Below, in pieces: positions 45,120-55,228 of a stretch of 64,000 nt of DNA. Positions within the stretch are counted from its first letter, which is position 1. Every line of letters starts with the position of its first letter. Source of the stretch: Flavobacteriaceae bacterium. GTDB lineage: Bacteria; Bacteroidota; Bacteroidia; Flavobacteriales; Flavobacteriaceae. The stretch covers positions 9,717-73,716 of the forward strand of contig JAOXRU010000126.1 of assembly GCA_025800395.1 (NCBI GenBank), in the 5' to 3' direction. A model generated the notes under the pieces. That model searched no databases, was not told the origin of the DNA, and saw only the letters and a list, made by a program, of their open reading frames with translations. The translations under genes and the position numbers were made by a program.

Positions 45120-47651
45120 ATGACAGAAGGTGAAAAACTGATACCTGTTAATATTGAAGATGAAATGAAGTCGGCCTACATCGATTATTCGATGTCTGTA
45201 ATAGTTTCTAGGGCTTTACCAGATGTTCGTGATGGATTAAAACCAGTACATCGTAGGGTGTTATTTGGGATGCACGAATTGGGAGTTCGTTCTAATAGCT
45301 CGTACAAAAAATCTGCAAGAATAGTTGGGGAAGTATTGGGTAAATACCACCCCCATGGAGATACTTCTGTATATGATACGATGGTGCGTTTGGCACAAGA
45401 GTGGAGTATGCGCTATATGTTGGTAGATGGGCAAGGAAACTTTGGTTCGGTAGATGGGGATAGTCCTGCAGCTATGCGTTATACAGAGGCGCGTATGCGC
45501 AAAATATCTGATGATATGCTTATCGATATTGATAAGGAGACTGTAGATCATCAGTTGAATTTTGACGATTCTTTAAAGGAGCCTACAGTTTTACCAACCA
45601 GAATTCCTAGTTTGTTGGTAAATGGTGCCTCTGGTATTGCCGTAGGTATGGCAACCAATATGCCGCCACATAATTTGACTGAGGTTGTAAATGGTACCAT
45701 TGCATATATAGAAGATAATGATATAGAAATTGAAGATCTTATCACTTATATTAAAGCACCAGATTTTCCTACTGGTGGCATTATATATGGATACGACGGT
45801 GTGCGAGAAGCTTTTAAAACAGGTAGAGGGCGTGTGGTAATGCGTGCAAAAGCTAGTTTTGAGGAAGTTCGGGGAAGAGAATGTATCGTGGTTACCGAGA
45901 TTCCTTATCAGGTGAATAAAGCAGATATGATTAAGAAAACTGCTGATTTGGTTAACGATAAAAAAATAGAAGGAATTGCAGATATACGTGACGAGTCCGA
46001 TAGAAAAGGAATGCGCATTGTATATATGTTGAAAAAAGATGCAATACCCAATATTGTTTTAAACACTTTATTTAAATATACCGCACTGCAATCTTCTTTT
46101 AGTGTGAATAATATTGCCTTGGTGAATGGCCGCCCAGAATTGTTGAATCTCAAAGAAATGATTCATCATTTTGTAGACCATCGCCACGAGGTGGTAGTAA
46201 GAAGAACAAAGTACGAATTGCGCAAAGCTGAAGAACGTTCTCATATACTTGAAGGATTAATCATAGCTTCGGATAATATAGATGAAGTAATTAAGATTAT
46301 AAGAGGATCTGCTAATCCGGATGAAGCAAGAAGTGCTTTGATAGAACGCTTTAAGCTTAGTGAAATACAAGCTAGAGCTATAGTAGAGATGCGATTGCGC
46401 CAGCTTACTGGTCTGGAACAAGACAAATTGCGTGCGGAGTACGAAGAGTTGCAGAAAACTATAGAAGACCTAAAAGATATTCTAGCGCGTAAAGAGCGTC
46501 GTATGGAGATCATCAAAGAAGAGTTGGTTGAAGTTAAAGAAAAGTACGGAGACGAAAGAAGATCTGTAATAGAATATGCTGGTGGAGATTTAAGTATAGA
46601 GGATATGATACCAAACGAGCAAGTGGTTATTACTATTTCTCACGCAGGTTATATCAAGCGTACGCCATTAACAGAATATAAAACCCAGAATAGAGGAGGT
46701 GTGGGGCAAAAAGCTTCCACTACTAGAAATGAAGATTTCCTAGAGCACTTATTTGTAGGTACAAATCATCAGTATATGCTGTTCTTTACCCAAAAAGGGA
46801 AATGTTTTTGGATGCGGGTGTATGAAATTCCAGAAGGAAGTAAAGCATCCAAAGGTAGAGCAATTCAAAACCTTATTAATATCGAATCCGATGATAAGGT
46901 AAAAGCCTTTATTTGTACCCAAGATTTGAAAGATGAGGAGTATATAAATTCCCATTATGTGATCATGGCAACCAAGAAAGGAAGAGTGAAAAAAACGCCT
47001 TTGGAACAGTATTCACGACCTAGACAAAATGGAATTAATGCTATTACTGTGAAAGATGGTGATGAATTACTAGAGGCTAAACTCACTACTGGTAATAGTG
47101 AAATATTGTTGGCGATACGCTCTGGAAAAGCCATACGTTTTGAAGAAAGCAAAACCCGTCCGATGGGAAGAAATGCTTCTGGTGTGCGGGGTATAACCCT
47201 AGCAAATGAAAACGACGAAGTTATAGGAATGGTATCTGTTAATGATACCAATGAAAATATATTGGTGGTTTCGGAAAATGGATATGGTAAACGTTCTAGT
47301 TTGGAAGATTACCGTATGACTAATAGAGGAGGAAAAGGTGTGAAAACCATGTCTATTACTGATAAAACAGGTCAGTTGGTGGCTATCAAAAATGTTACCG
47401 ATTCTGATGATTTGATGATAATTAATAAATCTGGAATTGCTATTCGGTTGAGTGTGGAAAATTTGAGAGTAATGGGGCGTGCTACCCAAGGAGTTAGACT
47501 CATCAATATCAAAGGAAAAGATGCGATAGCGGCGGTTGCAAAAGTAATGAAAGAAGAAGATGCTGTAGATCCCGATTTAGATACTGCTGAAGAAGGAACA
47601 GAAGAAAATGGTACGGGAATTGATAAGGATAATATAGATACGAATAATTAA
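45120..47651 (+). CDS. gyrA: DNA gyrase subunit A
   Basis: QRDR-type [11 protein letters not shown], active-site [11 protein letters not shown]-terminal beta-pinwheel repeats and an acidic tail. Confidence 0.97.
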   Translation: MTEGEKLIPVNIEDEMKSAYIDYSMSVIVSRALPDVRDGLKPVHRRVLFGMHELGVRSNSSYKKSARIVGEVLGKYHPHGDTSVYDTMVRLAQEWSMRYMLVDGQGNFGSVDGDSPAAMRYTEARMRKISDDMLIDIDKETVDHQLNFDDSLKEPTVLPTRIPSLLVNGASGIAVGMATNMPPHNLTEVVNGTIAYIEDNDIEIEDLITYIKAPDFPTGGIIYGYDGVREAFKTGRGRVVMRAKASFEEVRGRECIVVTEIPYQVNKADMIKKTADLVNDKKIEGIADIRDESDRKGMRIVYMLKKDAIPNIVLNTLFKYTALQSSFSVNNIALVNGRPELLNLKEMIHHFVDHRHEVVVRRTKYELRKAEERSHILEGLIIASDNIDEVIKIIRGSANPDEARSALIERFKLSEIQARAIVEMRLRQLTGLEQDKLRAEYEELQKTIEDLKDILARKERRMEIIKEELVEVKEKYGDERRSVIEYAGGDLSIEDMIPNEQVVITISHAGYIKRTPLTEYKTQNRGGVGQKASTTRNEDFLEHLFVGTNHQYMLFFTQKGKCFWMRVYEIPEGSKASKGRAIQNLINIESDDKVKAFICTQDLKDEEYINSHYVIMATKKGRVKKTPLEQYSRPRQNGINAITVKDGDELLEAKLTTGNSEILLAIRSGKAIRFEESKTRPMGRNASGVRGITLANENDEVIGMVSVNDTNENILVVSENGYGKRSSLEDYRMTNRGGKGVKTMSITDKTGQLVAIKNVTDSDDLMIINKSGIAIRLSVENLRVMGRATQGVRLINIKGKDAIAAVAKVMKEEDAVDPDLDTAEEGTEENGTGIDKDNIDTNN

Positions 47652-47666
47652 CAAATTTAGAATACA

Positions 47667-48938
47667 ATGAAAAAAAATGTAATAGCAGTTTTAGCTTTGT
47701 GTGCATTTGGATTAGGTTATGCTCAAAAGAAAGAATTGAAAACTGCTGAAAAAGCCTTAAAGAATGGAGATGTTCCTGCAGCTGAAGCGGCTATAGCAGC
47801 TGCAGAGCCATTATTGGATCAGGCGCCAAAATACAAAAGCTTGTTTCATTACTTAAAAGGAAATTTGCTTTTAGACAAGGCTCGAAAGGGGCAGGGTGGA
47901 GATGCTATTTTTGATGCTGCTATTAAGGAGTACAACAATGTGCTCACAGTAGAAGAAAATGGTAAAGCAAAGTACGGTGCAAAAGCCAAGGATAGCCTTA
48001 TTGCTGTTGGTGTAGTGATGCTAAACTCTGCTATAGCAGACAATAAAGAAAAGAAATATAAGCCTGCATCGGAGAAATTGTACAAATACTATGAATTGAA
48101 TCCAAAGGATACGATTTATTTGTATTATGCAGCAAGTACTTGTGTGCAAGGAAAGGACTATGAAGGAGCACTAGTGTATTATAACAAACTAAAAGATGTT
48201 GGTTATGATGGTTCTGCAACACGCTATATGGCTACCAATGTGGAAACTGGTAAAAAGGAAGACTTAGGAAATAAAGGGCAGAGGGATCTTATGGTAAAAT
48301 CCAATGCGTACAAAGATCCAGTAGAAGAGAAAGTGCCGTCAAAAAGAGGTGAGATTGTTAAGAATATTGCGTTAATTTACAACGAGTTGGGTCAGTCAGA
48401 CAAAGCCAAAGAAGCATTTGCTGAGGCAAGAAAAGACAATCCTGGGGATGCTGGGATCATTATTAGCGAGGCGATGTTGTACTTGGAGCTTAAAGAAATA
48501 GATAAATTTAAATCCTTGACCAATGAGGCGATTGCTCTAGAGCCAAACAACCATTTGTTGCACTTCAACTATGGTACTGTGGCTATGGAAAATGGTGAAT
48601 ACGAAGAAGCTAGAAAAGGCTTGTCTAAGGCTGTTGAACTAAAACCAGATTATATCGTTGGTTTTATCAATTATTCTTCTTCTTATATCAATGAAGGGAA
48701 CAGTCTGGTAGATCAGATCAACGAATTGGTAGATTCCAACAAGAGATCGGATATGGCTAAGTACGATGAGCTAAAAGCAAAAAAAGAAAGCTTGTTCGCA
48801 GAAGGAGCCAAAGTATTGGAAGAAGGCCTGAAAGCAAATCCGGGAAATACGGATCTTTTGGAGCAATTAAAAAATATTTATGGCGCTCTTGGTGACACGG
48901 CAAATTACAAGCGTATTAAAGACTTGTTGGGGCAATAA
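47667..48938 (+). CDS. Secreted TPR-repeat protein
   Basis: Signal peptide MKKNVIAVLALCAFGLGYAQ and repeated TPR-like helices (e.g. YEEARKGLSKAVELKPDY). It starts 15 nt after gyrA. Confidence 0.7.
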   Translation: MKKNVIAVLALCAFGLGYAQKKELKTAEKALKNGDVPAAEAAIAAAEPLLDQAPKYKSLFHYLKGNLLLDKARKGQGGDAIFDAAIKEYNNVLTVEENGKAKYGAKAKDSLIAVGVVMLNSAIADNKEKKYKPASEKLYKYYELNPKDTIYLYYAASTCVQGKDYEGALVYYNKLKDVGYDGSATRYMATNVETGKKEDLGNKGQRDLMVKSNAYKDPVEEKVPSKRGEIVKNIALIYNELGQSDKAKEAFAEARKDNPGDAGIIISEAMLYLELKEIDKFKSLTNEAIALEPNNHLLHFNYGTVAMENGEYEEARKGLSKAVELKPDYIVGFINYSSSYINEGNSLVDQINELVDSNKRSDMAKYDELKAKKESLFAEGAKVLEEGLKANPGNTDLLEQLKNIYGALGDTANYKRIKDLLGQ

Positions 48939-48957
48939 TCCACACCCAATATGATTA

Positions 48958-48996
48958 TAAAAAATGTCCATAATGAAAGTTATGGACATTTTTTTT
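48958..48996. terminator. Bidirectional intrinsic terminator
   Basis: ATGTCCATAA-TGAAAG-TTATGGACAT perfect stem flanked by A6 and T7 tracts, between convergent genes. Confidence 0.7.
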
Positions 48997-49017
48997 GGAT
49001 TTATTTTATATAAAAAA

Positions 49018-49779
49018 TCAATATATTTTTTTGATAACCCGCAGTTGGTGAGAATACCTTTTGATGTCTACATTGAAAATGCCTGTATGATCTATTCGAT
49101 CGATGCGAACTTTACCATGTGCGTGAATGATGTAGTTGTTTTCCATAATGATCCCTACATGTATAATATTCCCTTCTTTATCGTCGAAAAAAGCCAAATC
49201 ACCAGCTTCACATTCTTCTATGAAACTGAGTGGTTCTCCTTGTTGAGATTGTTGGGCAACTTCTCGCTGTAGATTCACCCCATGCATTTTATATATCATT
49301 TGGGTGAATCCGGAAGCATCTATACCAAAAGGAGTTTTACCGCCCCATAGGTAAGGTGCATTGAGATAGTGTAGAGCGGTGTTTATAAGCTCTTTTCGGT
49401 CGTCCAATAAGCATTGCTTGGTCTCTCCTTCAAAAAAATGGTCACAAACGCGGGCATTAGCCACGATACTCCCGATACATACAGGGAGTAAGGCGTTGTT
49501 GCGCTCGTGTATATAATCTACCAAATTGGCACTGTATAGACGATCTTCTTTAGCACAGTTTTTTATTTCTAAAAATTGTTTTTCATCAATTTCTAGATAT
49601 TGATCTTTGGATACCCAACCTTCAAAACCATCGAATTCTACACGAATTCTACTCCAGTATTTGCGCTGTTCAAGTATTTTAAAATGATCTCCGTATAGGA
49701 GTTGTGAACCTAGCTCGCTTTCCTGGGACGGAAAACTGCGGATGGCAACAATTCCCAGATTACAAATTCCATACTGCAT
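49018..49779 (-). CDS. SH3-like + NlpC/P60 (C40)-fold protein lacking the catalytic cysteine
   Basis: YLWGGKTPFGIDASGFTQMIY aligns with the canonical GG...G.DCSG block but has Ala (GCT codon checked in the DNA). His-containing strands are retained (IIHVGII...IIHAHG). Confidence 0.75.
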   Translation of the reverse strand: MQYGICNLGIVAIRSFPSQESELGSQLLYGDHFKILEQRKYWSRIRVEFDGFEGWVSKDQYLEIDEKQFLEIKNCAKEDRLYSANLVDYIHERNNALLPVCIGSIVANARVCDHFFEGETKQCLLDDRKELINTALHYLNAPYLWGGKTPFGIDASGFTQMIYKMHGVNLQREVAQQSQQGEPLSFIEECEAGDLAFFDDKEGNIIHVGIIMENNYIIHAHGKVRIDRIDHTGIFNVDIKRYSHQLRVIKKIY

Positions 49780-49796
49780 AGAGTATCTCTCTCGAT

Positions 49797-50972
49797 TTAG
49801 TTGCGTTCCAAAATCATGGCTGAAGCACCACCACCACCATTACAGATCGCTGCGGCACCTATCTTTGCATCATTTTGTTCCAATACGCTCAGTAAGGTAA
49901 TGATGATTCTAGCACCCGAACATCCAAGAGGGTGTCCCAAAGAAACTGCTCCTCCATTTACATTTACTTTGTCGTCGGTTAATCCAAGAATCTTCATATT
50001 TGCTAATCCTACAACAGAAAAAGCCTCGTTAAATTCAAAAAAGTCTACATCCCCAATTTGAATTCCAGCTCTATCTAGTGCTTTTGGTAGTGCTTTGGCT
50101 GGTGCAGTTGTAAACCATTCTGGCTCATGTGCTGCATCGGCGTAACTTTTGATAGTAGCCAATGGAATAAGTCCAAGGCTTTGGGCTTTTTCTTTGCTCA
50201 TTAGTATCACCGCAGCAGCGCCATCGTTTATAGTGGATGCATTCGCGGCAGTTACCGTACCTTCTTTTGTAAAAGCTGGACGTAGTGCTGGTATTTTTTC
50301 GAGTCTTACATTTTTGAACTCTTCATCTTCAGTTACCATTATTGGTTCACCTCTTCGTTGAGGAACTGCTACGGGTACAACTTCGTTATCAAATTTCCCT
50401 TCTTTCCAAGCCTCAGCAGAACGTGTATAGGATTGAATGGCAAAAGCATCCTGATCTTCTCTGCTAAACTCGTATTTATTGGCGCATGCATCGGCACATA
50501 CTCCCATAGCTTGTTGATCGTACACATCTACCAAACCATCTTTTTGTAAGCCATCCTCCATTTTACCAGGACCAAATTTGGTTCCTTTACGCATATGTAC
50601 ATAATGTGGTATATTGGACATGCTTTCCATGCCGCCAGCAATTACTATTTCGTTTTGTCCAAGAGCAATGCTTTGTGCAGCTTGCATAATGGTTTTCATT
50701 CCAGAAGAGCATACTTTGTTTACTGTGGTGGCAGGCACGGTGTTGGGAATCCCTGCAAAAATTGCTGCCTGACGAGCAGGTGCTTGTCCAGTGCCAGCCT
50801 GAACCACTTGCCCCATCAATACTTCATCTACGGTATTGGGATCGAGATCAACTTTTTTCATGGCGCCTTCGATGGCGATAGCACCCAGTTTTGATGCCGA
50901 CATGCTAGATAAACTACCTAAGAAACTTCCAATAGGAGTCCTTGCAACAGAAACAATTACTACTTCCTTCAT
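49797..50972 (-). CDS. Acetyl-CoA C-acetyltransferase (thiolase II)
   Basis: Active-site blocks NKVCSSGMK, SLGHPLGCSGARI and ICNGGGGASAM. Confidence 0.9.
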   Translation of the reverse strand: MKEVVIVSVARTPIGSFLGSLSSMSASKLGAIAIEGAMKKVDLDPNTVDEVLMGQVVQAGTGQAPARQAAIFAGIPNTVPATTVNKVCSSGMKTIMQAAQSIALGQNEIVIAGGMESMSNIPHYVHMRKGTKFGPGKMEDGLQKDGLVDVYDQQAMGVCADACANKYEFSREDQDAFAIQSYTRSAEAWKEGKFDNEVVPVAVPQRRGEPIMVTEDEEFKNVRLEKIPALRPAFTKEGTVTAANASTINDGAAAVILMSKEKAQSLGLIPLATIKSYADAAHEPEWFTTAPAKALPKALDRAGIQIGDVDFFEFNEAFSVVGLANMKILGLTDDKVNVNGGAVSLGHPLGCSGARIIITLLSVLEQNDAKIGAAAICNGGGGASAMILERN

Positions 50973-51192
50973 TTAATTTGTGCTTTATGTATTTAAAAGT
51001 CTCCACCTATTTTCATTGGGACTCTTGCGAATGTTTAGTCGCAAAAGCATTATGATATGGTAGAAACAGTGTTTTTTTAAATAATACTTCGTATCTACTT
51101 GTTGTCGTATAGAAGTTGTTGCGAATTTATGCAAAATAAAAAGATTAACCTAAGTATAGTATAGGTTTGATACTGGATACGTACATTTTTTT

Positions 51193-51200
51193 TACTTTTG
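51193..51200 (+). promoter_or_regulatory. -7 box TACTTTTG
   Basis: Exact TAnnTTTG match 19 nt upstream of the ATG at 51220. Confidence 0.4.
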
Positions 51201-51219
51201 GTACTTCTAGCGGCACATT

Positions 51220-53262
51220 ATGCGAAAAATTATCGATTTTATTTATCGTAATCAATCCCTTTTGTTTAAAGGTTTTGTTTATTTAGTAAGTGTTTTTGTT
51301 ATTGTCTACTTGTTTCCACAGGGAGGAAAATTTAAATACGAATTTCAAAAAGGAAAACCTTGGCAGCATGAAAATTTGTTTGCACCCTTTGATTTTTTAA
51401 TTTACAAATCTGAGGTGGATATCGAGTTAGAAAAAGACCGAATACACCAACAGCAGATGATGTATTTGGGGGTGGAGAGTGAAATACCCAAGAGGGTGAG
51501 TGCTCAGGCAGTATCTCAGTATGTTGCTTATTTTCCTAAAATAGAAAACAGGAAAGAAGTTGCTGCATTAAAAAACAAGATCGCGGCCTTGGTGCAACAA
51601 TTGTATCGATTTGGGGTATATAATCAGCAAAAGCTTGGTCTGGGTGAACAGGTTTACTTGGTTCGAAATAATGAGGCCAATCTCATAGAGACTTCTAATT
51701 TGGTGCCAGCTGGGGAATTGCGTAGTTTTATAAGTACCAGACTAGAGAATACTCCTTATGCCAAATATCAAACCAATTTTTATAATCTTCTTTTTGATTT
51801 GGTGGAGCCAAATTTGGTATTGGATGAAAACCTTACCAATTCTGTATTGAAAGAGGCCTTGGATCAAGTTTCTCGTACAAGAGGAGCAGTGACTAAAGGC
51901 TCACTGATTATTGCAAAAGGTGAAGTGGTAGAGGGTAAACGATTTCAGGTATTATCGAGTTTGGAACGAACTTATGCCTCAGAAATGTGGAATGATCAAA
52001 ATCATTTTACGATACTTTCGGGTTATACTGTTTTGGTAGCTTTGGTATTGCTGATGTTGCTTCTTTTTCTCAAAAAATATCGTAGACGTATATATGTTCA
52101 CAACAAAAAGGTAAGTTTTATTTTCTTCAATGTGGTGTTGATGGTTTTAGGAACCACTATAGCCTTGCATTATAGTGCCAATTTGGTGTACGTGGTGCCA
52201 CTCTGTATTTTGCCCTTGATAACTAAAGCATTTTTCGATGCGAGATTAGCATTATTTGTACACACGCTTACTGTTTTGATTTTGGGTTTTGTGGTTCCAA
52301 ATAGTTTTGAATATATTTTTCTTCAGATTGTGGCAGGCATTATTACCATACTTACTATAACGGAGTTTTATAAGCGTGCGAATTTGTTCATTTCTGTAGG
52401 TCAGATTACACTTGTTTATATACTGGGTTATATTGCGTTTTATATCATACACGAAGGTGGATTTGACGGCTTTCAATGGAAAGCAATTGGTTTGTTTGCT
52501 CTCAATGGAATGCTTACCTTGTTTGCTCAGCCTTTGATTTACATTTACGAAAAAACCTTTGAGTTAGTTTCAGATGTTTCTTTGCTGGAATTGTCAGATA
52601 CCAATTCTAAAATTCTCAAAGATTTATCGAATAAGGCTCCAGGAACTTTTCATCATTCATTACAGGTGGCTAATTTGGCCGAGGCTGCTGCCAATGAGAT
52701 TGGAGCCAATGCTATGTTGGTACGTGTAGGGGCTTTATATCATGATATTGGTAAAATGAAAAATCCTAGTTTCTTTACCGAGAATCAGACCTCTATGGTA
52801 AATCCTCATGATGAGTTTTCCCCTAGAGATAGTGCTAGAATTATTATTAATCATGTTTTGGATGGTATAGAAATGGCGAGAAAGTACAAACTTCCAGATA
52901 GAATTATCGATTTTATTCGTACGCATCATGGAACTAGTCTGGTGTACTATTTTTATATAAAAGCCAAAGAATTGGAAGGAGATGTAGATATAAAAGATTT
53001 TAGTTATCCAGGACCTTTACCGTTTTCCAAGGAGACGGCCATACTGATGATGGCAGATTCTGTAGAAGCAGCTTCCAAAAGCCTAAAAGAGCCTACTCAT
53101 GCAAAAATTAATGATTTTGTAGACAAAATTATTAGCAAGCAAATGGAGCAAATGCAGTTTCAAAATGCAAATATAACTTTTAAGGAAATCGAATTAATTA
53201 AAAAGGTATTTAAGTATAAATTGATCAATATCTATCATTTGCGAATTGAATACCCCGAGTAG
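51220..53262 (+). CDS. 7TM-receptor-type HD/HDIG phosphohydrolase (7TMR-HD family)
   Basis: N-terminal TM helix plus an extracytoplasmic domain, a block of ~7 TM helices, and a C-terminal HD domain (HHSLQVANLAE...YHDIGK...THHG). Confidence 0.85.
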   Translation: MRKIIDFIYRNQSLLFKGFVYLVSVFVIVYLFPQGGKFKYEFQKGKPWQHENLFAPFDFLIYKSEVDIELEKDRIHQQQMMYLGVESEIPKRVSAQAVSQYVAYFPKIENRKEVAALKNKIAALVQQLYRFGVYNQQKLGLGEQVYLVRNNEANLIETSNLVPAGELRSFISTRLENTPYAKYQTNFYNLLFDLVEPNLVLDENLTNSVLKEALDQVSRTRGAVTKGSLIIAKGEVVEGKRFQVLSSLERTYASEMWNDQNHFTILSGYTVLVALVLLMLLLFLKKYRRRIYVHNKKVSFIFFNVVLMVLGTTIALHYSANLVYVVPLCILPLITKAFFDARLALFVHTLTVLILGFVVPNSFEYIFLQIVAGIITILTITEFYKRANLFISVGQITLVYILGYIAFYIIHEGGFDGFQWKAIGLFALNGMLTLFAQPLIYIYEKTFELVSDVSLLELSDTNSKILKDLSNKAPGTFHHSLQVANLAEAAANEIGANAMLVRVGALYHDIGKMKNPSFFTENQTSMVNPHDEFSPRDSARIIINHVLDGIEMARKYKLPDRIIDFIRTHHGTSLVYYFYIKAKELEGDVDIKDFSYPGPLPFSKETAILMMADSVEAASKSLKEPTHAKINDFVDKIISKQMEQMQFQNANITFKEIELIKKVFKYKLINIYHLRIEYPE

Positions 53263-53329
53263 AAAAGTAGGTTCGAAAATAATTTAGAAAAAAACACAAA
53301 AAATAGTTGTGTGGTACGATATGATCTAC

Positions 53330-53337
53330 TACATTTG
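53330..53337 (+). promoter_or_regulatory. -7 box TACATTTG upstream of the tRNA cluster
   Basis: Exact TAnnTTTG match 42 nt upstream of tRNA-Ser. Confidence 0.4.
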
Positions 53338-53379
53338 CATCCGCAATTTCGATTGTGATGTTCATTTAAAGATATAACC

Positions 53380-53463
53380 GGAGAGGTGGCAGAGTGGTAA
53401 TGCAGCAGATTGCTAATCTGTCAACGCGAAAGTGTTGCCGGGGTTCGAATCCCCGTCTCTCCG
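53380..53463 (+). tRNA. tRNA-Ser (anticodon GCU)
   Basis: Acceptor GGAGAGG/TCTCTCC, anticodon arm GCAGA-TTGCTAA-TCTGT, long variable arm, T arm CGGGG-TTCGAAT-CCCCG. CCA is not encoded. Confidence 0.9.
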
Positions 53464-53470
53464 CTTTTTT

Positions 53471-53545
53471 CGGGGTGTAGCGTAGCCCGGTTATCGCGCC
53501 TGCTTTGGGAGCAGGAGGTCGCAGGTTCGAATCCTGCCACCCCGA
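53471..53545 (+). tRNA. tRNA-Pro (anticodon UGG)
   Basis: Acceptor CGGGGTG/CACCCCG, anticodon arm CCTGC-TTTGGGA-GCAGG, T arm GCAGG-TTCGAAT-CCTGC. Confidence 0.9.
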
Positions 53546-53571
53546 CATTTTTCACAACAATAATAACGGAT

Positions 53572-53645
53572 GGTCGCGTAGCTCAGCTGGATAGAGCATC
53601 TGCCTTCTAAGCAGACGGTCACAGGTTCGAATCCTGTCGCGATCA
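53572..53645 (+). tRNA. tRNA-Arg (anticodon UCU)
   Basis: Acceptor GGTCGCG/CGCGATC, D arm GCTC-AGCTGGATA-GAGC, anticodon arm TCTGC-CTTCTAA-GCAGA, T arm ACAGG-TTCGAAT-CCTGT. Confidence 0.9.
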
Positions 53646-53655
53646 CTAGATGATC

Positions 53656-53685
53656 AAAATCCAACATGAAAATGTTGGATTTTTT
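53656..53685 (+). terminator. Intrinsic terminator of the tRNA cluster
   Basis: AAAATCCAACAT-GAAA-ATGTTGGATTTT followed by a T-tract. Confidence 0.7.
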
Positions 53686-53730
53686 AGTTCACATATACCA
53701 AGCGCAGCTTGAGTATATGTGAACTAAAAA
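53681..53730. repeat. Perfect 18-bp inverted repeat (extendable by 5 more bp) directly after the tRNA terminator
   Basis: TTTTTAGTTCACATATAC (53681-53698) is the exact reverse complement of GTATATGTGAACTAAAAA (53713-53730). The spacer contains CAAGC...GCTTG. Confidence 0.8.
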
Positions 53731-53979
53731 AGACAAAAGTACGAAGTACTTGGATTTTGATTCCCTTCTCGCATAAGTCCTGATCGCGCTAACCATCTTA
53801 TCATCTTTTTTTATTACTAAGTTTAAAAAGGAAACAAATTTGGGCCATAGTAAAACCCCATTCCACAATGGAAGGGTTTCGTTAGCGCGTAAATCTATCA
53901 TAGAGGAATCTCTTTTTATTTGTGGAATACATATTTAATATCGACATTCGCATAACGAAACTTATAATAGCAGCCAATT

Positions 53980-54879
53980 TTGCAACCCATATATTTTTTA
54001 ATTTATGCGCCATTCTTCAATCGCATATTGCGTTATCTGATTCGTGCTTTATCTTTTTTTGTGCCTAGCAAATACCGCTTACATCCTTGTGGTCTAATGC
54101 GATTGAATGTACCTAGTGCAGAAATGACTATTTTAATAGAAACCAATCAGACGAGTTATATCGGCAAGCAATTGTTTTACGATGGTGCAGAACAGTTTGA
54201 ATACACTACAATTTTTTTGAAGTTAATAAAAAGGGTTAGTTGTTTTATAGATGTAGGGGCCAATATTGGCTATTATACTATTTTGGCGGGCAAATGCAAT
54301 GCAGATCTTCAAATCTATAGTTTTGAACCAGCTCGGGGTGCTAGGACTTATTTAACAGCCAACATAAAACACAATGGCCTTGAAGGGCAAGTACGACAAG
54401 AGTCTATGGCTCTAAGCGATAATAAAGGACAATTGCGTTTTTTTGAAGTACAAAATCCTAAGTATCCGCATATACCCAATTTGTCGGGAGAACACAATTT
54501 GGGAACCAAAAATCTAGAATCTACCGTGGAGATCCAAGTGGAAAGTTTGCCTTTGGATGATTATGTGAGTTTGTTTTCGGTAGATTCGATCGATTTGATA
54601 AAAATTGATACAGAAGGTTCAGAACATATTGTATTGAAGGGTGCTAAAGGGGTTTTAGAAAGAAATAGACCTATAGTAATTTGTGAAACATTGTTTCAGA
54701 AAATAGAAGAAGAGCTAGAAGCCATTTTTTTTGATTTAGATTATCTGTTTTTACAGCATTGCCCAGATGGTTTGAGAGAAACGAAAAGCCTAAAACGGAG
54801 CTTGGACGATGGGGTTCGAAATTGTTTTTTTGTGCCTCGAGAGAAAAGAGGGTTGGTGGCAGATTGGATAGTGGTCTAG
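53980..54879 (+). CDS. FkbM-family SAM-dependent methyltransferase
   Basis: IDVGANIGYYT SAM motif, FEP...N, ALSDNKG, IDLIKIDTEGSEHIVLKG. The start is uncertain: TTG at 53980 or ATG at 54097. Confidence 0.75.
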   Translation: MQPIYFLIYAPFFNRILRYLIRALSFFVPSKYRLHPCGLMRLNVPSAEMTILIETNQTSYIGKQLFYDGAEQFEYTTIFLKLIKRVSCFIDVGANIGYYTILAGKCNADLQIYSFEPARGARTYLTANIKHNGLEGQVRQESMALSDNKGQLRFFEVQNPKYPHIPNLSGEHNLGTKNLESTVEIQVESLPLDDYVSLFSVDSIDLIKIDTEGSEHIVLKGAKGVLERNRPIVICETLFQKIEEELEAIFFDLDYLFLQHCPDGLRETKSLKRSLDDGVRNCFFVPREKRGLVADWIVV

Positions 54880-55228
54880 TATTCATTTAGTAGATAGGTG
54901 TGCCCTACGATTATTCTGCCTCAGGATATGGATTGGAAAGGATAAGATTAGATAAGATAGAAAAGAAAGAATACCTAATAACCTCCGAATTTGGAAAAAT
55001 CGGATGGATATATTTTTTTTAAGAAACTATTTCTATGCTTAGTGGAAAGGTATATGGGTTTTGCCAGCTTCATGTTCTAAGGTGCGTATAATGTACAATA
55101 TTTTGGAATCCACAATTAAATATATTTTGTTTTTTACTTGCTTTTTGGTGTAAAAAACAGAAGCCGTGTCTCTTTGCAGGGCTTTGTCGGGTAAAAATTA
55201 AATAGTAATTTAGAGTAAAACTTTAGTT

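Noticed and set aside
48964-49272. A 102-aa plus-strand ORF overlapping the 3' end of the NlpC/P60-like gene
   Set aside because: It starts inside the bidirectional terminator and is antisense to a motif-supported gene, with no recognisable features.
53366-53610. ORFs of 60 aa (minus) and 66 aa (plus) in the ORF track
   Set aside because: They overlap the three clearly folding tRNA genes (Ser, Pro, Arg) and are artefacts of stop-free GC-rich tRNA sequence.
53689-53901. A 70-aa minus-strand ORF after the tRNA cluster
   Set aside because: Its 3' end reads straight through the 18-bp perfect inverted repeat, and it has no motifs. It is probably non-coding.
53645-54879. Possible genomic islet integrated at the 3' end of tRNA-Arg (long hairpin plus an isolated FkbM methyltransferase)
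   Set aside because: There is no integrase or recombinase, no direct repeat of the tRNA 3' end downstream (only a chance GGTTCGAA inside the methyltransferase ORF), and no compositional break that I can see.
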